This document shows, one piece after another, positions 1 through 9,678 of a stretch of DNA of 64,000 bases (positions are counted from its first letter, which is position 1; each line of letters begins with the position of its first letter). The position numbers and the translations under genes were made by a program. The DNA lies in IMG/VR virus record IMGVR_UViG_3300023202_000383, positions 186,001 through 250,000 of that record; one strand, given 5' to 3'. A model generated the notes under the pieces. It did not search any database. It was not told where the DNA came from and saw nothing but the letters and a program-made list of their open reading frames with translations.

Positions 1-1
1 C

Positions 2-649
2 AAGAGATTAGACGCACCTTGGAGCGAAGGCACGAATGATGGTGGTTTGGCTAGTTCGCTATCTGTTCAACCAAATAGAACTTATCATGTTTTCTTGATT
101 GCCAAGCCTGATGGGACAGTGGATGGTGGATTTGATGAGGATGTGTCGGCCTCCGCATTATTAGCGGATGGTTCACCATCTGGGTACACAACTTATCGTA
201 GGGTTGGGTCTATAGAGACCGATGGCAATAGCAGAATCAGAGATTTTGTCTCGAATGAGACTCCTGGTGGCGGCTTAGAAATCCTATGGTCCCAAGACAG
301 GACCAAACCGTTGTCAACAGTTGGTTCGGGGGGATTTTTTGAACTCAATGTACCGTTTGGCGTAAGTTATGAGGCTATAATAAATGCCAGACTTAGCGGG
401 CAAGGCGGCAACGGAGGAGAATTGCGGATAACAACTCCATCTGGTCCTATTCATAATTCCGATGTCCCAGCTATAGAAATTGGTGGTTCTTTTATAAGAG
501 ATAGTGACCAAACAGATAATTTTATTTTGTCATCTCAATTGAGGGTAAGAACCAACGCAGCCAAACAAGTTGTAGTGTCTATCAGTGGCGATGACGATGA
601 ATCAGAAGTGACAACAATCGGATTTATAGACTCCAGAAGACAAATTTAA
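2..649 (+). CDS. Phage tail fibre protein, 5'-partial
   Basis: Frame is open from base 2 (KRLDAPWSEGTNDGG...TYHVFLIAKPDGTVDGGFD), a motif pattern typical of phage tail fibre domains; followed by other virion genes. Confidence 0.6.
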   Translation, partial: KRLDAPWSEGTNDGGLASSLSVQPNRTYHVFLIAKPDGTVDGGFDEDVSASALLADGSPSGYTTYRRVGSIETDGNSRIRDFVSNETPGGGLEILWSQDRTKPLSTVGSGGFFELNVPFGVSYEAIINARLSGQGGNGGELRITTPSGPIHNSDVPAIEIGGSFIRDSDQTDNFILSSQLRVRTNAAKQVVVSISGDDDESEVTTIGFIDSRRQI

Positions 650-654
650 AATAG

Positions 655-663
655 GTAAATATA
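655..663 (+). promoter_or_regulatory. Candidate late promoter GTAAATATA
   Basis: Same 9-mer precedes the virion genes at 680, 22893 (22871-22879) and 27257 (27212-27220); resembles T4 late TATAAATA. Confidence 0.45.
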
Positions 664-679
664 ATAGGGAAATTTAGGT

Positions 680-2359
680 ATGCCTAATTTTAATTCAGGA
701 TTAGTTCCAACAATAACGCCAGGGACCATTTTTGATAGGTTCTTGTCGGATGAGACGATCAATATACGGTGGTTGACTGCTTTAGATCCAGCTTACTTTG
801 AGGCTATCAACCGTCCGATGGCTGACATAACGCTGCGTCAGTTAATTATAGCCAAAGCTCTTGATACACAAAATGCTAAGCTTGGTGCCGCCTCTATATT
901 CCCGTTCTTGATTACTCCACAGGTCACTAACGGTTCGTCAAGTGTAGAACTCCCCGTACGGTTGTTTTGGGACATGCATGTGTCGATACCAGGCAGGTGG
1001 AGGAATTTGAGGTTAGCTAGAGTTGACAGGATATCTGGGGCAAACAATCCAGATATCACTGGAACCGCCAGATTTATTTGGGCTGCTGAAGATTCGAGCG
1101 ATGGCGATACTGAAAAAGCTTTGTTTTATGCTGACTATGAAATAGATAGCGATGTCACGTATCAAATAGCTCCAATAACATTGGTTGATTCCGGAATTGC
1201 AAATCCTCTAACTGCCGCACCAGATGGTCAAGCCAATTTTATTGGTGGACTGGTGGTATTTAGGACGGGCGATCTGGATGACTCGACATTCAGTTCATTT
1301 TTCGAGTTTGTTGGTCCAGGCACTAATTTCAAATATGAAGTTGTCGATACTGATGGATCTGAAGTTGAGACATTTAGTGAATTTGGCCTAAGCCACGGTC
1401 GTGGGTTAATGGTTGCTAGTGCCTTCAATGTAATTCCTGGCACTGGTGGTGCTGGGACAGATGGTGGCACCGAAGGTGGTAGTGGTCTTGGATTCGATAT
1501 CGAGCCAGCAGGTAGCTCGGTTACAGTCACGTTTGATGACTCGACCAATACGTTTACGATCGGAATCGATCCGACAGAGATCGCACACCAATCATTGAAC
1601 GGTGTTGGGTCATTTACCCACGCCGACATTGATGACCATATTGTAGACAAAACGAACCCACATGCTGTTACTGCTGCCCAGGTTGGTAGGGATACTGCTC
1701 AATGGAATGCTAGCAAGATCCAGGGTACTCCTGTGGACGGTGCAGCACCAGCGGCCACTAATGACATTTTAGCGTACAACCTTGGCACGAACAGATATGA
1801 GCCGAAAGCATTAAGTTCTGATATTCTTACTGTAGATCTTCCGAGCGGTGACACAGTTAGCTTGACCGATTACGTTAGCTTGATCCCATCGGTAATAATT
1901 ATAACAGAAGTTAGCGACACTGCATTGTCAGTAGTTAAGGATGACTGGCAACCAAGAAGACTTAATACAATAGCTGCCAATAGTGCTGGATCAACCGTTT
2001 CTCTTCAAAATGTTACTTTTGGCAGTGACACATATAGTGCTGCTGTCCGGATACCTAAAGGTAATTATATAATTAGAGCGATAGCATCTACGACTCATGG
2101 CGGTGATGATGGCACAGTCACATTGAGAATTAGTGCTTCGGATGGCCAAATTATAAATGGTACTCAAACGAGGCAGGACGGAGACAGCGGTGCCGGTACG
2201 GTTAATTCTATGGTAGCATATATGGAATTTGCCGGGACAGTTGATGTGCAGTTACAGCAATATAGCACGGCGTCTGTCAATAGGATAGGCACTAACAATC
2301 CCAATACCGCTGTCGGAGACGTAGTACATACAACGCTAGAATTTACGAGGATTGGATAA
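680..2359 (+). CDS. Virion structural / tail-fibre-associated protein
   Basis: 559 aa, acidic and Gly/Thr-rich; contains the THADIDDHI..KTNPHAVTAAQVG tail-fibre-type module also present in 27257..28537. Confidence 0.65.
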   Translation: MPNFNSGLVPTITPGTIFDRFLSDETINIRWLTALDPAYFEAINRPMADITLRQLIIAKALDTQNAKLGAASIFPFLITPQVTNGSSSVELPVRLFWDMHVSIPGRWRNLRLARVDRISGANNPDITGTARFIWAAEDSSDGDTEKALFYADYEIDSDVTYQIAPITLVDSGIANPLTAAPDGQANFIGGLVVFRTGDLDDSTFSSFFEFVGPGTNFKYEVVDTDGSEVETFSEFGLSHGRGLMVASAFNVIPGTGGAGTDGGTEGGSGLGFDIEPAGSSVTVTFDDSTNTFTIGIDPTEIAHQSLNGVGSFTHADIDDHIVDKTNPHAVTAAQVGRDTAQWNASKIQGTPVDGAAPAATNDILAYNLGTNRYEPKALSSDILTVDLPSGDTVSLTDYVSLIPSVIIITEVSDTALSVVKDDWQPRRLNTIAANSAGSTVSLQNVTFGSDTYSAAVRIPKGNYIIRAIASTTHGGDDGTVTLRISASDGQIINGTQTRQDGDSGAGTVNSMVAYMEFAGTVDVQLQQYSTASVNRIGTNNPNTAVGDVVHTTLEFTRIG

Positions 2360-2838
2360 TGGGTTACAAGGACACACTAAGTACGCTCCTTGAGAACAAA
2401 AGCATATTTGTTAAAATGTCCAGTATTTTGGGAGAGCTGGAGGACGCTGAATCTGGTTTGTCTCAGTTGAAGAGCTCTTTGAGAGACGCTGTGAATGAAG
2501 CCACGGAAGCATTGAAGATTAAGGTATTGAAATTGAACCCTGATCTTGATGCTGAGGTAGATAAAAAAGGAAAGTTGACGATAAAAGAGAAGGATCCTAA
2601 ACCCGGCAGGCGTCTAGAATTAGTATATGATACTGGGAAAAAGAAGTTTACGGTTGTCGGGAAAACGGAATTTCAGAAAATATTTAGAACCGGGTATCAT
2701 CACAGGAAAGCGTTGACTCCCAAAGGAAACTCTGACTATATTCAAGATGTGGCGCATGAAGTATCAAAATATTTCAAAACCACTAAGAATAAAAAGATGA
2801 AAAGATCTAGGTGGGAGAGCAAAGGGCTAAAGGCGTGA
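2359..2838 (+). CDS. Hypothetical protein
   Basis: 159 aa ORF translationally coupled (TAATG) to the upstream gene. Confidence 0.7.
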   Translation: MGYKDTLSTLLENKSIFVKMSSILGELEDAESGLSQLKSSLRDAVNEATEALKIKVLKLNPDLDAEVDKKGKLTIKEKDPKPGRRLELVYDTGKKKFTVVGKTEFQKIFRTGYHHRKALTPKGNSDYIQDVAHEVSKYFKTTKNKKMKRSRWESKGLKA

Positions 2839-3281
2839 AAATAAGGGAAGACCAAAATAAGTATCCTACTGGTAAACATAGACGCGATCAATCTATGTAC
2901 CCTAGCTCTTTCTCTAAGTCGAAATCATTCGGTGGTGTAGCAAATGGTGGTAGCAAAAAGAAGTCAAAAAAGAAAAAATCAAAATCCCTAGCAGAAAGAT
3001 TGGATGCTGCATTCAGCAACTTGTCCGAGGACACCGAGGATAATGCTATATCTGAGGCTGCAGATCTGATAATAAGTGCTGATGGAGCTAAGTTAGACGC
3101 GCAGGGCGGCATATTATATGTTGACGGAGAGCCAGTAGAAGGTTTAGATAATCATGCTGACATATTGATGAATTTAGTAGCGTGGTTTGCTAATTCTTCA
3201 AATTCTAGCGAACGTATCTCATTGGATCTCGCGATCAGTGGGCTAGCAGACATGGCCAGAAGCGGAGTTGGGTTCGAATGA
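2811..3281 (+). CDS. Hypothetical protein (basic N-half, acidic C-half)
   Basis: 156 aa ORF in a co-oriented run; true start may be GTG 2835. Confidence 0.65.
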   Translation: MGEQRAKGVKIREDQNKYPTGKHRRDQSMYPSSFSKSKSFGGVANGGSKKKSKKKKSKSLAERLDAAFSNLSEDTEDNAISEAADLIISADGAKLDAQGGILYVDGEPVEGLDNHADILMNLVAWFANSSNSSERISLDLAISGLADMARSGVGFE

Positions 3282-3286
3282 TAAAC

Positions 3287-3430
3287 ATGAATGAAAAATA
3301 CCAAAATATGAGAGGTGAGCTCGAAATTATAGTTCGAGACAAAAAGGGCAGGATTGTAGATTTAAAGCGAGAGAACGAGCCCAAAAACAAGAAATCGCCC
3401 GATGGAACAGGAAATAGAAATGCTAAGTGA
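3287..3430 (+). CDS. Small ORF resembling the N-terminus of the next gene
   Basis: 47 aa MNEKYQNMRGELEIIVRDKKGRIVD... versus LKGIVEIITKDRHGNIIN in 3402..4460; absent from the ORF track. Confidence 0.5.
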   Translation: MNEKYQNMRGELEIIVRDKKGRIVDLKRENEPKNKKSPDGTGNRNAK

Positions 3431-4460
3431 TAAATTTGAATATCTAAAGGGTATAGTCGAAATAATTACCAAGGACCGTCATGGTAATATTATTAACGTA
3501 GACACATATCCTAACATAATCAAAATATTCGCCAAAGATATGCTCGCCCACAGAATCATATATTCTAAGCTGTGGGACACTGGCACCGATGGTGGTAGCT
3601 GGGTAGACCACAATATAGACCCAGATGAAGAATTTGCTATTAAGTATATCCTTCTTGGGGCATCCTTCGACGACGATGGAAACCCGCTAGGCCAAGCTGA
3701 CACAAGATATTATCTGTCTGACCCAGTTACTGGCGGATTTATCGCCAAGGTCCCAGAGATCGGCGCAGATAACATGGGCGATCTCATAAACCCAATTCCG
3801 ATATCTGCGCCAGACAGGCCGCTCAAGAAGGTAGAAAATGTGCTGTTTGAACCTTCATATCAACCAGCCGATTCCCCGCTGCTTGATGAGAATGTTCGTG
3901 CTATAAACAATACTGTGGTGCTAGAAACAACGATACGTACCGATGAGTACAACGGATTTGGTAGCACATCGTCAGATTTCTTTACAATAACTGAGATAGC
4001 GTTGGCTGGCGGCAAAACGCTAGAAGATCCTCTAACTGGCTGTGAATGTGTGCCAAGAATTTTATTCTTAGAGGGCGCTGGTGGCGACAGAGACGTGTCA
4101 ATAGATGCAACAGCCAACAGCTCGGCTACGATAACTATTGATGCTGGTGTACCGGCATCCGATGTCAATAGGATCAACGAAGGCGACCAGATCTTGATAG
4201 TTGGTCGAGCGACAACCGAAGAAACATATGATACTATTGACCAGGTAAATCCATATTACTTGGTGGTTCAAAAATGCCCTGGTGGTAGAGAATTTGTTCT
4301 AGATAGAACCCCCACCGATTCTACTGGCACTGCTTTGAGCGGCGAGATTGGGGTATATAGAAGCACCTTGAGATTGTTCAGCCAGCGCATATTGTCAACG
4401 CCATTTAAGAAAACAGATAGCTTTGAAGTCACAATTCGATGGCGCATTATAATGTCTTAA
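3402..4460 (+). CDS. Virion structural protein (baseplate/tail-fibre attachment type)
   Basis: KGIVEII N-terminus, ITEIAL and C-terminal LFSQRI..PFKKTDSFEVTIRWRII, typical of phage tail/baseplate proteins. Confidence 0.6.
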   Translation: MEQEIEMLSDKFEYLKGIVEIITKDRHGNIINVDTYPNIIKIFAKDMLAHRIIYSKLWDTGTDGGSWVDHNIDPDEEFAIKYILLGASFDDDGNPLGQADTRYYLSDPVTGGFIAKVPEIGADNMGDLINPIPISAPDRPLKKVENVLFEPSYQPADSPLLDENVRAINNTVVLETTIRTDEYNGFGSTSSDFFTITEIALAGGKTLEDPLTGCECVPRILFLEGAGGDRDVSIDATANSSATITIDAGVPASDVNRINEGDQILIVGRATTEETYDTIDQVNPYYLVVQKCPGGREFVLDRTPTDSTGTALSGEIGVYRSTLRLFSQRILSTPFKKTDSFEVTIRWRIIMS

Positions 4461-4501
4461 TCGGCTATAAGAAAAAACATTCCACAAATCAAACATATTA
4501 T

Positions 4502-5992
4502 ATGGCTAGAATAGATTGGTCAAAGTATGATCAGGCTATAGTCGACTATATGCCTAATTATTGTGCAAAAGAGTTTAGAAATCTATATGCCCCAGATATA
4601 TCCTATAGTGCTATTTGCAATAGGGCGAAGTTTCTTGGTGTTAAACCAAAGAAATATAGAATTACTGAGAAGCACAAAAAAGCAACATCAAACGGTGCGA
4701 GAAAGAAGTTAAGTTCAGATCAATATGATTATATTTCAAAGAATCTTAATAAAATCCCAAGAACTGATATAGCAAAACACTTGGGGATATCATTGCATTT
4801 AGTTACTAGAGCGTCTAAAGATCTAGGAATCCAAATAGATACAAGGAAATGGAGAAAATTTAGTGCAGATAGGTCTAAAAAACATATTCATAAAGCCACG
4901 CAAGCTTCTGTCAATAAAATAATGAATATGTCAGAATCAGAAAAGGCCGAATATTCAAAGAAGAAATCCAATGATACAAAGAAATTATGGGAAGACCCAG
5001 AATACAGGCTAAAAGTCCGTAATGGAATAAAAGCTGCCTACAATAATACAGATTTGAGAGATAGACTAAGCACAATAGGCAAAGACAGATTTAAAAATGA
5101 TAAGAGCGTCAGAGATGCACTAATAAACAAAAGTTTTGAAACTAAGAATAGCAAATTAAACGATACAATATCTATAAAATTGGATAATTTAAATATAAAA
5201 CATGATAGAGAATTTGAAATAGGTAATTATTCGTTTGATTTTAGAGTTGGCAATATTCTATTAGAGGTTAATGGAAATTATTGGCATAATTTACCCGAAA
5301 ATATTAGAAATGATCGAGCGAAATCAACCTATATAGAAAAATATACAAATTACAAATTAAAGGTCTTGTGGGAAAATGAAGCAAAATCTGTAAGATGCAA
5401 TGATAGATTATTAGAACTGCTTGAAATAAAAAAGCCGGATCAAAAACAGATAAAATTAAATGAACTAACTATAGATTACGATGTTGATAAGCTTGAATCC
5501 AGAAAATTTCTTACTAGTTTTCATTATCTTGGCGACACAAGCAGGAAAAAATATGTCTTTGGGTTAAGACTGCATGGCGAGCTCGTTTCGGTAGTTGTAT
5601 TTGGTAATTTGATAAGGCAGAACATAGATAATAATTGTTTGGAATTGTCTAGAATGTGCAGGCATCCATACTTCTACAATAAAAATATGATGAGCTGGTT
5701 TCTGTCTAAATGCACAAAATATTTAAAATCGAATTACAATTACAGTGGCATTATAAGTTATGCTGACAAAAGGTACCATGATGGTGCTGTCTATAAAGCT
5801 AGTAATTGGGGCGACTGCGGGGACACCCAGCCAGACTATTGTTACATGACTGAGGATAATATTCCAATGCACAAGAAAACTCTATATAATAGAGCGGTGA
5901 AAAAGGGTATGAAAGAAAGAGAATATGCCGAACTTATGAACATGAAAAAGACAAAAATCGGTTCTAAACGCAAATTTAAGATTACATTTTGA
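4502..5992 (+). CDS. Hef-like free-standing endonuclease (HTH/NUMOD3-like repeats + Vsr/DUF559-like nuclease + GNAT/Mom-like C-domain)
   Basis: FDF..GNILLEVNGNYWH nuclease motif; FLTSFHYLG...ELSRMC...IISYAD..YHDGAVYKASNW C-domain; AT-rich; start placed at ATG 4502 (track 4439). Confidence 0.7.
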   Translation: MARIDWSKYDQAIVDYMPNYCAKEFRNLYAPDISYSAICNRAKFLGVKPKKYRITEKHKKATSNGARKKLSSDQYDYISKNLNKIPRTDIAKHLGISLHLVTRASKDLGIQIDTRKWRKFSADRSKKHIHKATQASVNKIMNMSESEKAEYSKKKSNDTKKLWEDPEYRLKVRNGIKAAYNNTDLRDRLSTIGKDRFKNDKSVRDALINKSFETKNSKLNDTISIKLDNLNIKHDREFEIGNYSFDFRVGNILLEVNGNYWHNLPENIRNDRAKSTYIEKYTNYKLKVLWENEAKSVRCNDRLLELLEIKKPDQKQIKLNELTIDYDVDKLESRKFLTSFHYLGDTSRKKYVFGLRLHGELVSVVVFGNLIRQNIDNNCLELSRMCRHPYFYNKNMMSWFLSKCTKYLKSNYNYSGIISYADKRYHDGAVYKASNWGDCGDTQPDYCYMTEDNIPMHKKTLYNRAVKKGMKEREYAELMNMKKTKIGSKRKFKITF

Positions 5993-6011
5993 TTTCCACG
6001 GTGGAAACCAA
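5993..6011. promoter_or_regulatory. Palindromic operator-like site TTTCCAC-G-GTGGAAA(CCAA)
   Basis: 15-bp odd palindrome; 19 nt identical to 32404-32422; ends just before the sulfotransferase ATG. Confidence 0.55.
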
Positions 6012-6012
6012 T

Positions 6013-6669
6013 ATGCAAATAAAATGCCTCAATGTCATTGGTGTCGAGCGCAGTGGCACCAATTGGCTTGAGGTATTATTACGCGATAATGTATGTACCG
6101 AAGTTTGGCCGCATAAGAAGCACGAGCCCAGGCCGCAACTGTTTACCGGTTGGAATAGAGAATACGGCAACAAAATGAAAGATGCTGGATTCTCGAATGA
6201 TAATGTTGGTTATGTTGCAATAATCAAAAACCCCTGGGCATGGGCGGTTAGTTTTACTAAAAAAGTCAATTGGAAAGTAAAACCGAGATTTAATATAACT
6301 GGCAAAGAATTGCCTAATGATCTTAAATTATGCATTGAGCATTATTGGAATGGTAACAATCTTTCATATATAAATATGGCCGAGAAATATCCAGATAGAT
6401 TTATGGTGGTCACATATGACGATATGATTTTGAATGATTGGCGCAAGACTATCAGAAAAATAGCTTCACATTTTGATATTGAATTAAATAGGCCACTTAG
6501 GAATACGCCAAAAACTATAGGCGCAAATAGAAAGGTACATAATAAGAAATTCAACTACGATTACTATAACACAAAACAATATTTACAAAAGTTGACCAAG
6601 AGCGAGATAAGATGGATAAATAATAACGCAAATGCTCGTGTAATGACTTACTGCGGCTTCGCTCTATAG
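6013..6669 (+). CDS. Sulfotransferase-family protein
   Basis: 5'-PAPS-binding-like G..RSGTNWL, KNPWAW..S and YDDM motifs; start ATG 6013 (track 5989). Confidence 0.7.
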   Translation: MQIKCLNVIGVERSGTNWLEVLLRDNVCTEVWPHKKHEPRPQLFTGWNREYGNKMKDAGFSNDNVGYVAIIKNPWAWAVSFTKKVNWKVKPRFNITGKELPNDLKLCIEHYWNGNNLSYINMAEKYPDRFMVVTYDDMILNDWRKTIRKIASHFDIELNRPLRNTPKTIGANRKVHNKKFNYDYYNTKQYLQKLTKSEIRWINNNANARVMTYCGFAL

Positions 6670-6934
6670 CTAAGCATGTTCTGCGTATGTTGAATTTCGC
6701 ATTGGCCCACGAAAGCATCATTTGAGCTAGAGCTTTCGATGTATAATAGTGACAAGCAGAGTCTCCATTTACTAAATATTCTTCGTCTTCTTCACTCCAC
6801 TCTATCTTCTCAACTATTTCTGGAGTCATTAATATATGGGAATCATGGAATCCGTTCCAGAAATATAGTTTCATTCCTAATTTAATGATTACACCGTCTG
6901 CTGTTTTCGGTCTATCGTCGACTTCTGATTTCAT
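6551..6934 (-). CDS. Hypothetical protein
   Basis: 127 aa ORF coupled to the upstream minus-strand gene; overlaps the convergent sulfotransferase end. Confidence 0.5.
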   Translation of the reverse strand: MKSEVDDRPKTADGVIIKLGMKLYFWNGFHDSHILMTPEIVEKIEWSEEDEEYLVNGDSACHYYTSKALAQMMLSWANAKFNIRRTCLAIERSRSKSLHEHLRYYLSILSRSWSTFVNIVLCYSNRS

Positions 6935-7637
6935 CTATTTCCATAAGCCTTTTAAATGACACTTGATAAATCGATGATTCTTTGTCCGCGTGGTCTAATG
7001 TTGTTTTGTACCAATGATCCGCCTGATAGTAATCGCCTAAATGTTTATATTTTACATGTGCAAGCCTATATGCAATAAATGCCATGTTCTCTTTGTCTCT
7101 ATTAGCTTCTGCGATAGCCCATGACTTAAACATATACTTTTCCCAGACATCCCAGTATTCACCAAGATCTGGATGCTTGGTAAGATACGGCAACATAGTG
7201 TCTGCTGCTATGTACTGAGCAGAAATGCTGCGATTGTTATCGCTAGACAATTCATATAAGATGTTGATACCATCTTGCCATGCGCCCTCTCCGATTTCTA
7301 ATTTGCCCCTCTTCCAGTCGGCCCATTGAGAGAACATAAGGATTGCCGTCGATTCGTATGCATATATATCGGTCTTGTCGATCTCTATGATCCTAAGTCC
7401 TATTTTTATTGGGATCTTATAGCTTCCAGGCGGATCATCCCACCCATTGTGGTGTTGAAAGTACGACATAGCATTGTATAATTTATCCTTGTCGAATTCT
7501 TTGTCCAGATTATTATAGACAGCCATATGCTTATTGTGGTCCGGATGCAGATTACTTTTGCGTTCGTGTTGAACGGTTTGGGGCGATGCACATCCGCCGA
7601 CATAAATTGCGATTATTAATGGCAGAATATATTTCAT
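6912..7637 (-). CDS. Putative lipoprotein with helical (TPR-like) C-terminus
   Basis: MKYILPLIIAIYVGG|C signal peptide and lipobox; AYRLAHV...YYQADHWYK helical repeat-like segment. Confidence 0.55.
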   Translation of the reverse strand: MKYILPLIIAIYVGGCASPQTVQHERKSNLHPDHNKHMAVYNNLDKEFDKDKLYNAMSYFQHHNGWDDPPGSYKIPIKIGLRIIEIDKTDIYAYESTAILMFSQWADWKRGKLEIGEGAWQDGINILYELSSDNNRSISAQYIAADTMLPYLTKHPDLGEYWDVWEKYMFKSWAIAEANRDKENMAFIAYRLAHVKYKHLGDYYQADHWYKTTLDHADKESSIYQVSFKRLMEIDEIRSRR

Positions 7638-7646
7638 TGGTATCCT

Positions 7647-8204
7647 CTAATGTCTTTCTCTTGCTTGTTTTGTGACAATCTTTGCCCGCATCTCTGCTCT
7701 TGTCTTTTCATAATCTATGAATACATATCCATGCTTATTGTTTTTGTCTGGACTATGCACCTCATAATTTATTATTTCCCATCCTATAGGTTTGAATTCT
7801 GGAAAGTAAGAGTCACCTTCAAACTTATCTCTTACTATTGTCAAGTACATCTTGTCGGCTATCTGCAGCCCCCTTTTAAAAATTGATGATCCGCCAATTA
7901 GAAATGTATCATTTCCATATAATTTACATATTTTCATCGCATTGCACATACCTCTAGATATTACCAATCTATTGTCTTTTATATATTCATGCACTCCAGA
8001 AAATACACTGGTTTTAGTCAACACTATGTTTTTTCTATCTACTAACGGTTTCCCGATTGATTCATATGTTTTTCTGCCCATTATGACATTGTTTCCAATA
8101 GTCAGTGATTTAAATCTTTTAAGGTCGGCAGGCAGGTACCACGGCAACTTATTACCGGCCCCAATAACCCGGTTCTCTGACATCGCGGCGATAACTGCTA
8201 TCAT
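7647..8204 (-). CDS. folA: Dihydrofolate reductase
   Basis: IAAMSENRVIG..NKLPWYLPADLKRFK..T.G..VIMGRKTYESIGKPL..RKNIVL, IGGSSI, EGDSYFP. Confidence 0.95.
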   Translation of the reverse strand: MIAVIAAMSENRVIGAGNKLPWYLPADLKRFKSLTIGNNVIMGRKTYESIGKPLVDRKNIVLTKTSVFSGVHEYIKDNRLVISRGMCNAMKICKLYGNDTFLIGGSSIFKRGLQIADKMYLTIVRDKFEGDSYFPEFKPIGWEIINYEVHSPDKNNKHGYVFIDYEKTRAEMRAKIVTKQARERH

Positions 8205-8276
8205 TATATTGTGGTGTTGTTCCGTTATGCCTGTGAAAATTCGCCCAAAGTATCTTTAAATGTATTCAAACAGAAT

Positions 8277-8963
8277 ATGAATATTGCCATTGCTATGATA
8301 GCTTGCCAGAGGCAATGTATTGGTACTCGGACTGCTATTAAAAATCTAAGATTCGGCGGGTTTTACGGGCAGGTAGATGTATTTGCTGAACCTGGTTGTG
8401 AAATTAAAAATTCAGAATTGGTAACGGTTCATAGAAATAGTGAGAACTTGGGCGGCCAGGCCAACTGGAGGCAAGCTTTATGTTGGCTTTTAGAGAATAC
8501 TAATAGCAACCACCTGATGGTAGTTGAGGATGATGTGGATTATTGCATTAGTGCCAAGAGAGCTCTCTTGAAAGCAATAAATAAGCCATATGGGTACATT
8601 AGCTTGCACACCCCAGAGAAGGACCGAGAAGCGTTAAAAACCGAATCTGGATGGGTGGATTATAATACCGGCTATGTCTGGGGGACGCAGGCAATTTGCT
8701 TCAGCAGGCACACTCTAGAGAAGTTCATTAGACACGATAAGTTATGGGAAGGTCAGGAAGAACCATATGATTTTATAATGTGTCAATTTTATAAGAACGA
8801 AATAAGTGAGCCAACATACTACCATGTCCCGTCCTTGGCCGATCACGTCGGGTGGGAGGAAACAACACTGGCAAACAAAGATATTAATCTATCGCCGAAG
8901 CATTTCAACAAGAAATGGAGACGCGGGTTGATGTTCAACAAAGAGTGGACCGATGGTTATTGA
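8277..8963 (+). CDS. Glycosyltransferase (GT-A fold, GT25-like)
   Basis: LMVVEDDV DxD-type motif, GTQAICFSR, PSLADHVG; start ATG 8277 (track 8211). Confidence 0.6.
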   Translation: MNIAIAMIACQRQCIGTRTAIKNLRFGGFYGQVDVFAEPGCEIKNSELVTVHRNSENLGGQANWRQALCWLLENTNSNHLMVVEDDVDYCISAKRALLKAINKPYGYISLHTPEKDREALKTESGWVDYNTGYVWGTQAICFSRHTLEKFIRHDKLWEGQEEPYDFIMCQFYKNEISEPTYYHVPSLADHVGWEETTLANKDINLSPKHFNKKWRRGLMFNKEWTDGY

Positions 8964-9678
8964 TATTAGTTTGTTCGATGTCGTTTTTGAACCGCTGCAC
9001 GATAAAAGAGTTGGGTATGTCATTGGAGACGGAAATGTTGGTGATGATCTAATTAATGCAGCCACATTCCAGTTGATGGATAAATATGATATTGATTATG
9101 ATATATGGTTGCCAGGAGACAATGCTAAATATGATGTGCTTACATATAGCGGCGGCGGCAATATGGGGTCATACTACCCGAAAACTTTAGCAGTAAGGAG
9201 AGAAGCATTAAAGACTGGAATTCCAGTTATTATATTGCCGCAGTCATTTATGTGGCCGGAAGATCTTGGGTATTATAAAGTATACGCTAGGGAGTTAGCT
9301 AGCTTGGAATTATGTGATGGGATTTTGGCTCCTGATTTGGCTCTTGGCTATGAAGCAGATTTTGATATTGGCGAGCCTATTTATGATGAAGGCTTGTTCC
9401 TGCGAGGTGACAGGGAGGGCTTATTTGGGGATATAGGGAGCATTGGTGATCCTATATATATGGTAAAAGACTACATTGAATATGTTGAATTGGCTAGTAG
9501 ATATAATCATGTAATAACAGACAGACTACATTTTGCAATATCGGGTCTTTTGTGCAATCGCAAAGTTACGATTCTTCCAAATTCGTATCACAAAAACATG
9601 AGCATGTATGAGACTTGGTTAAAAGACTTGGGGTGTAACTATTCAGACTCCCCAATCCTTCCCAGCGTTGGCGACTAA
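8953..9678 (+). CDS. Polysaccharide pyruvyltransferase family protein
   Basis: GNVGDDLI, SGGGNMG, ILPQSF, YARELAS, APDLAL, VITDRLHFAI, NSYHKN motifs. Confidence 0.85.
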   Translation: MVIDISLFDVVFEPLHDKRVGYVIGDGNVGDDLINAATFQLMDKYDIDYDIWLPGDNAKYDVLTYSGGGNMGSYYPKTLAVRREALKTGIPVIILPQSFMWPEDLGYYKVYARELASLELCDGILAPDLALGYEADFDIGEPIYDEGLFLRGDREGLFGDIGSIGDPIYMVKDYIEYVELASRYNHVITDRLHFAISGLLCNRKVTILPNSYHKNMSMYETWLKDLGCNYSDSPILPSVGD

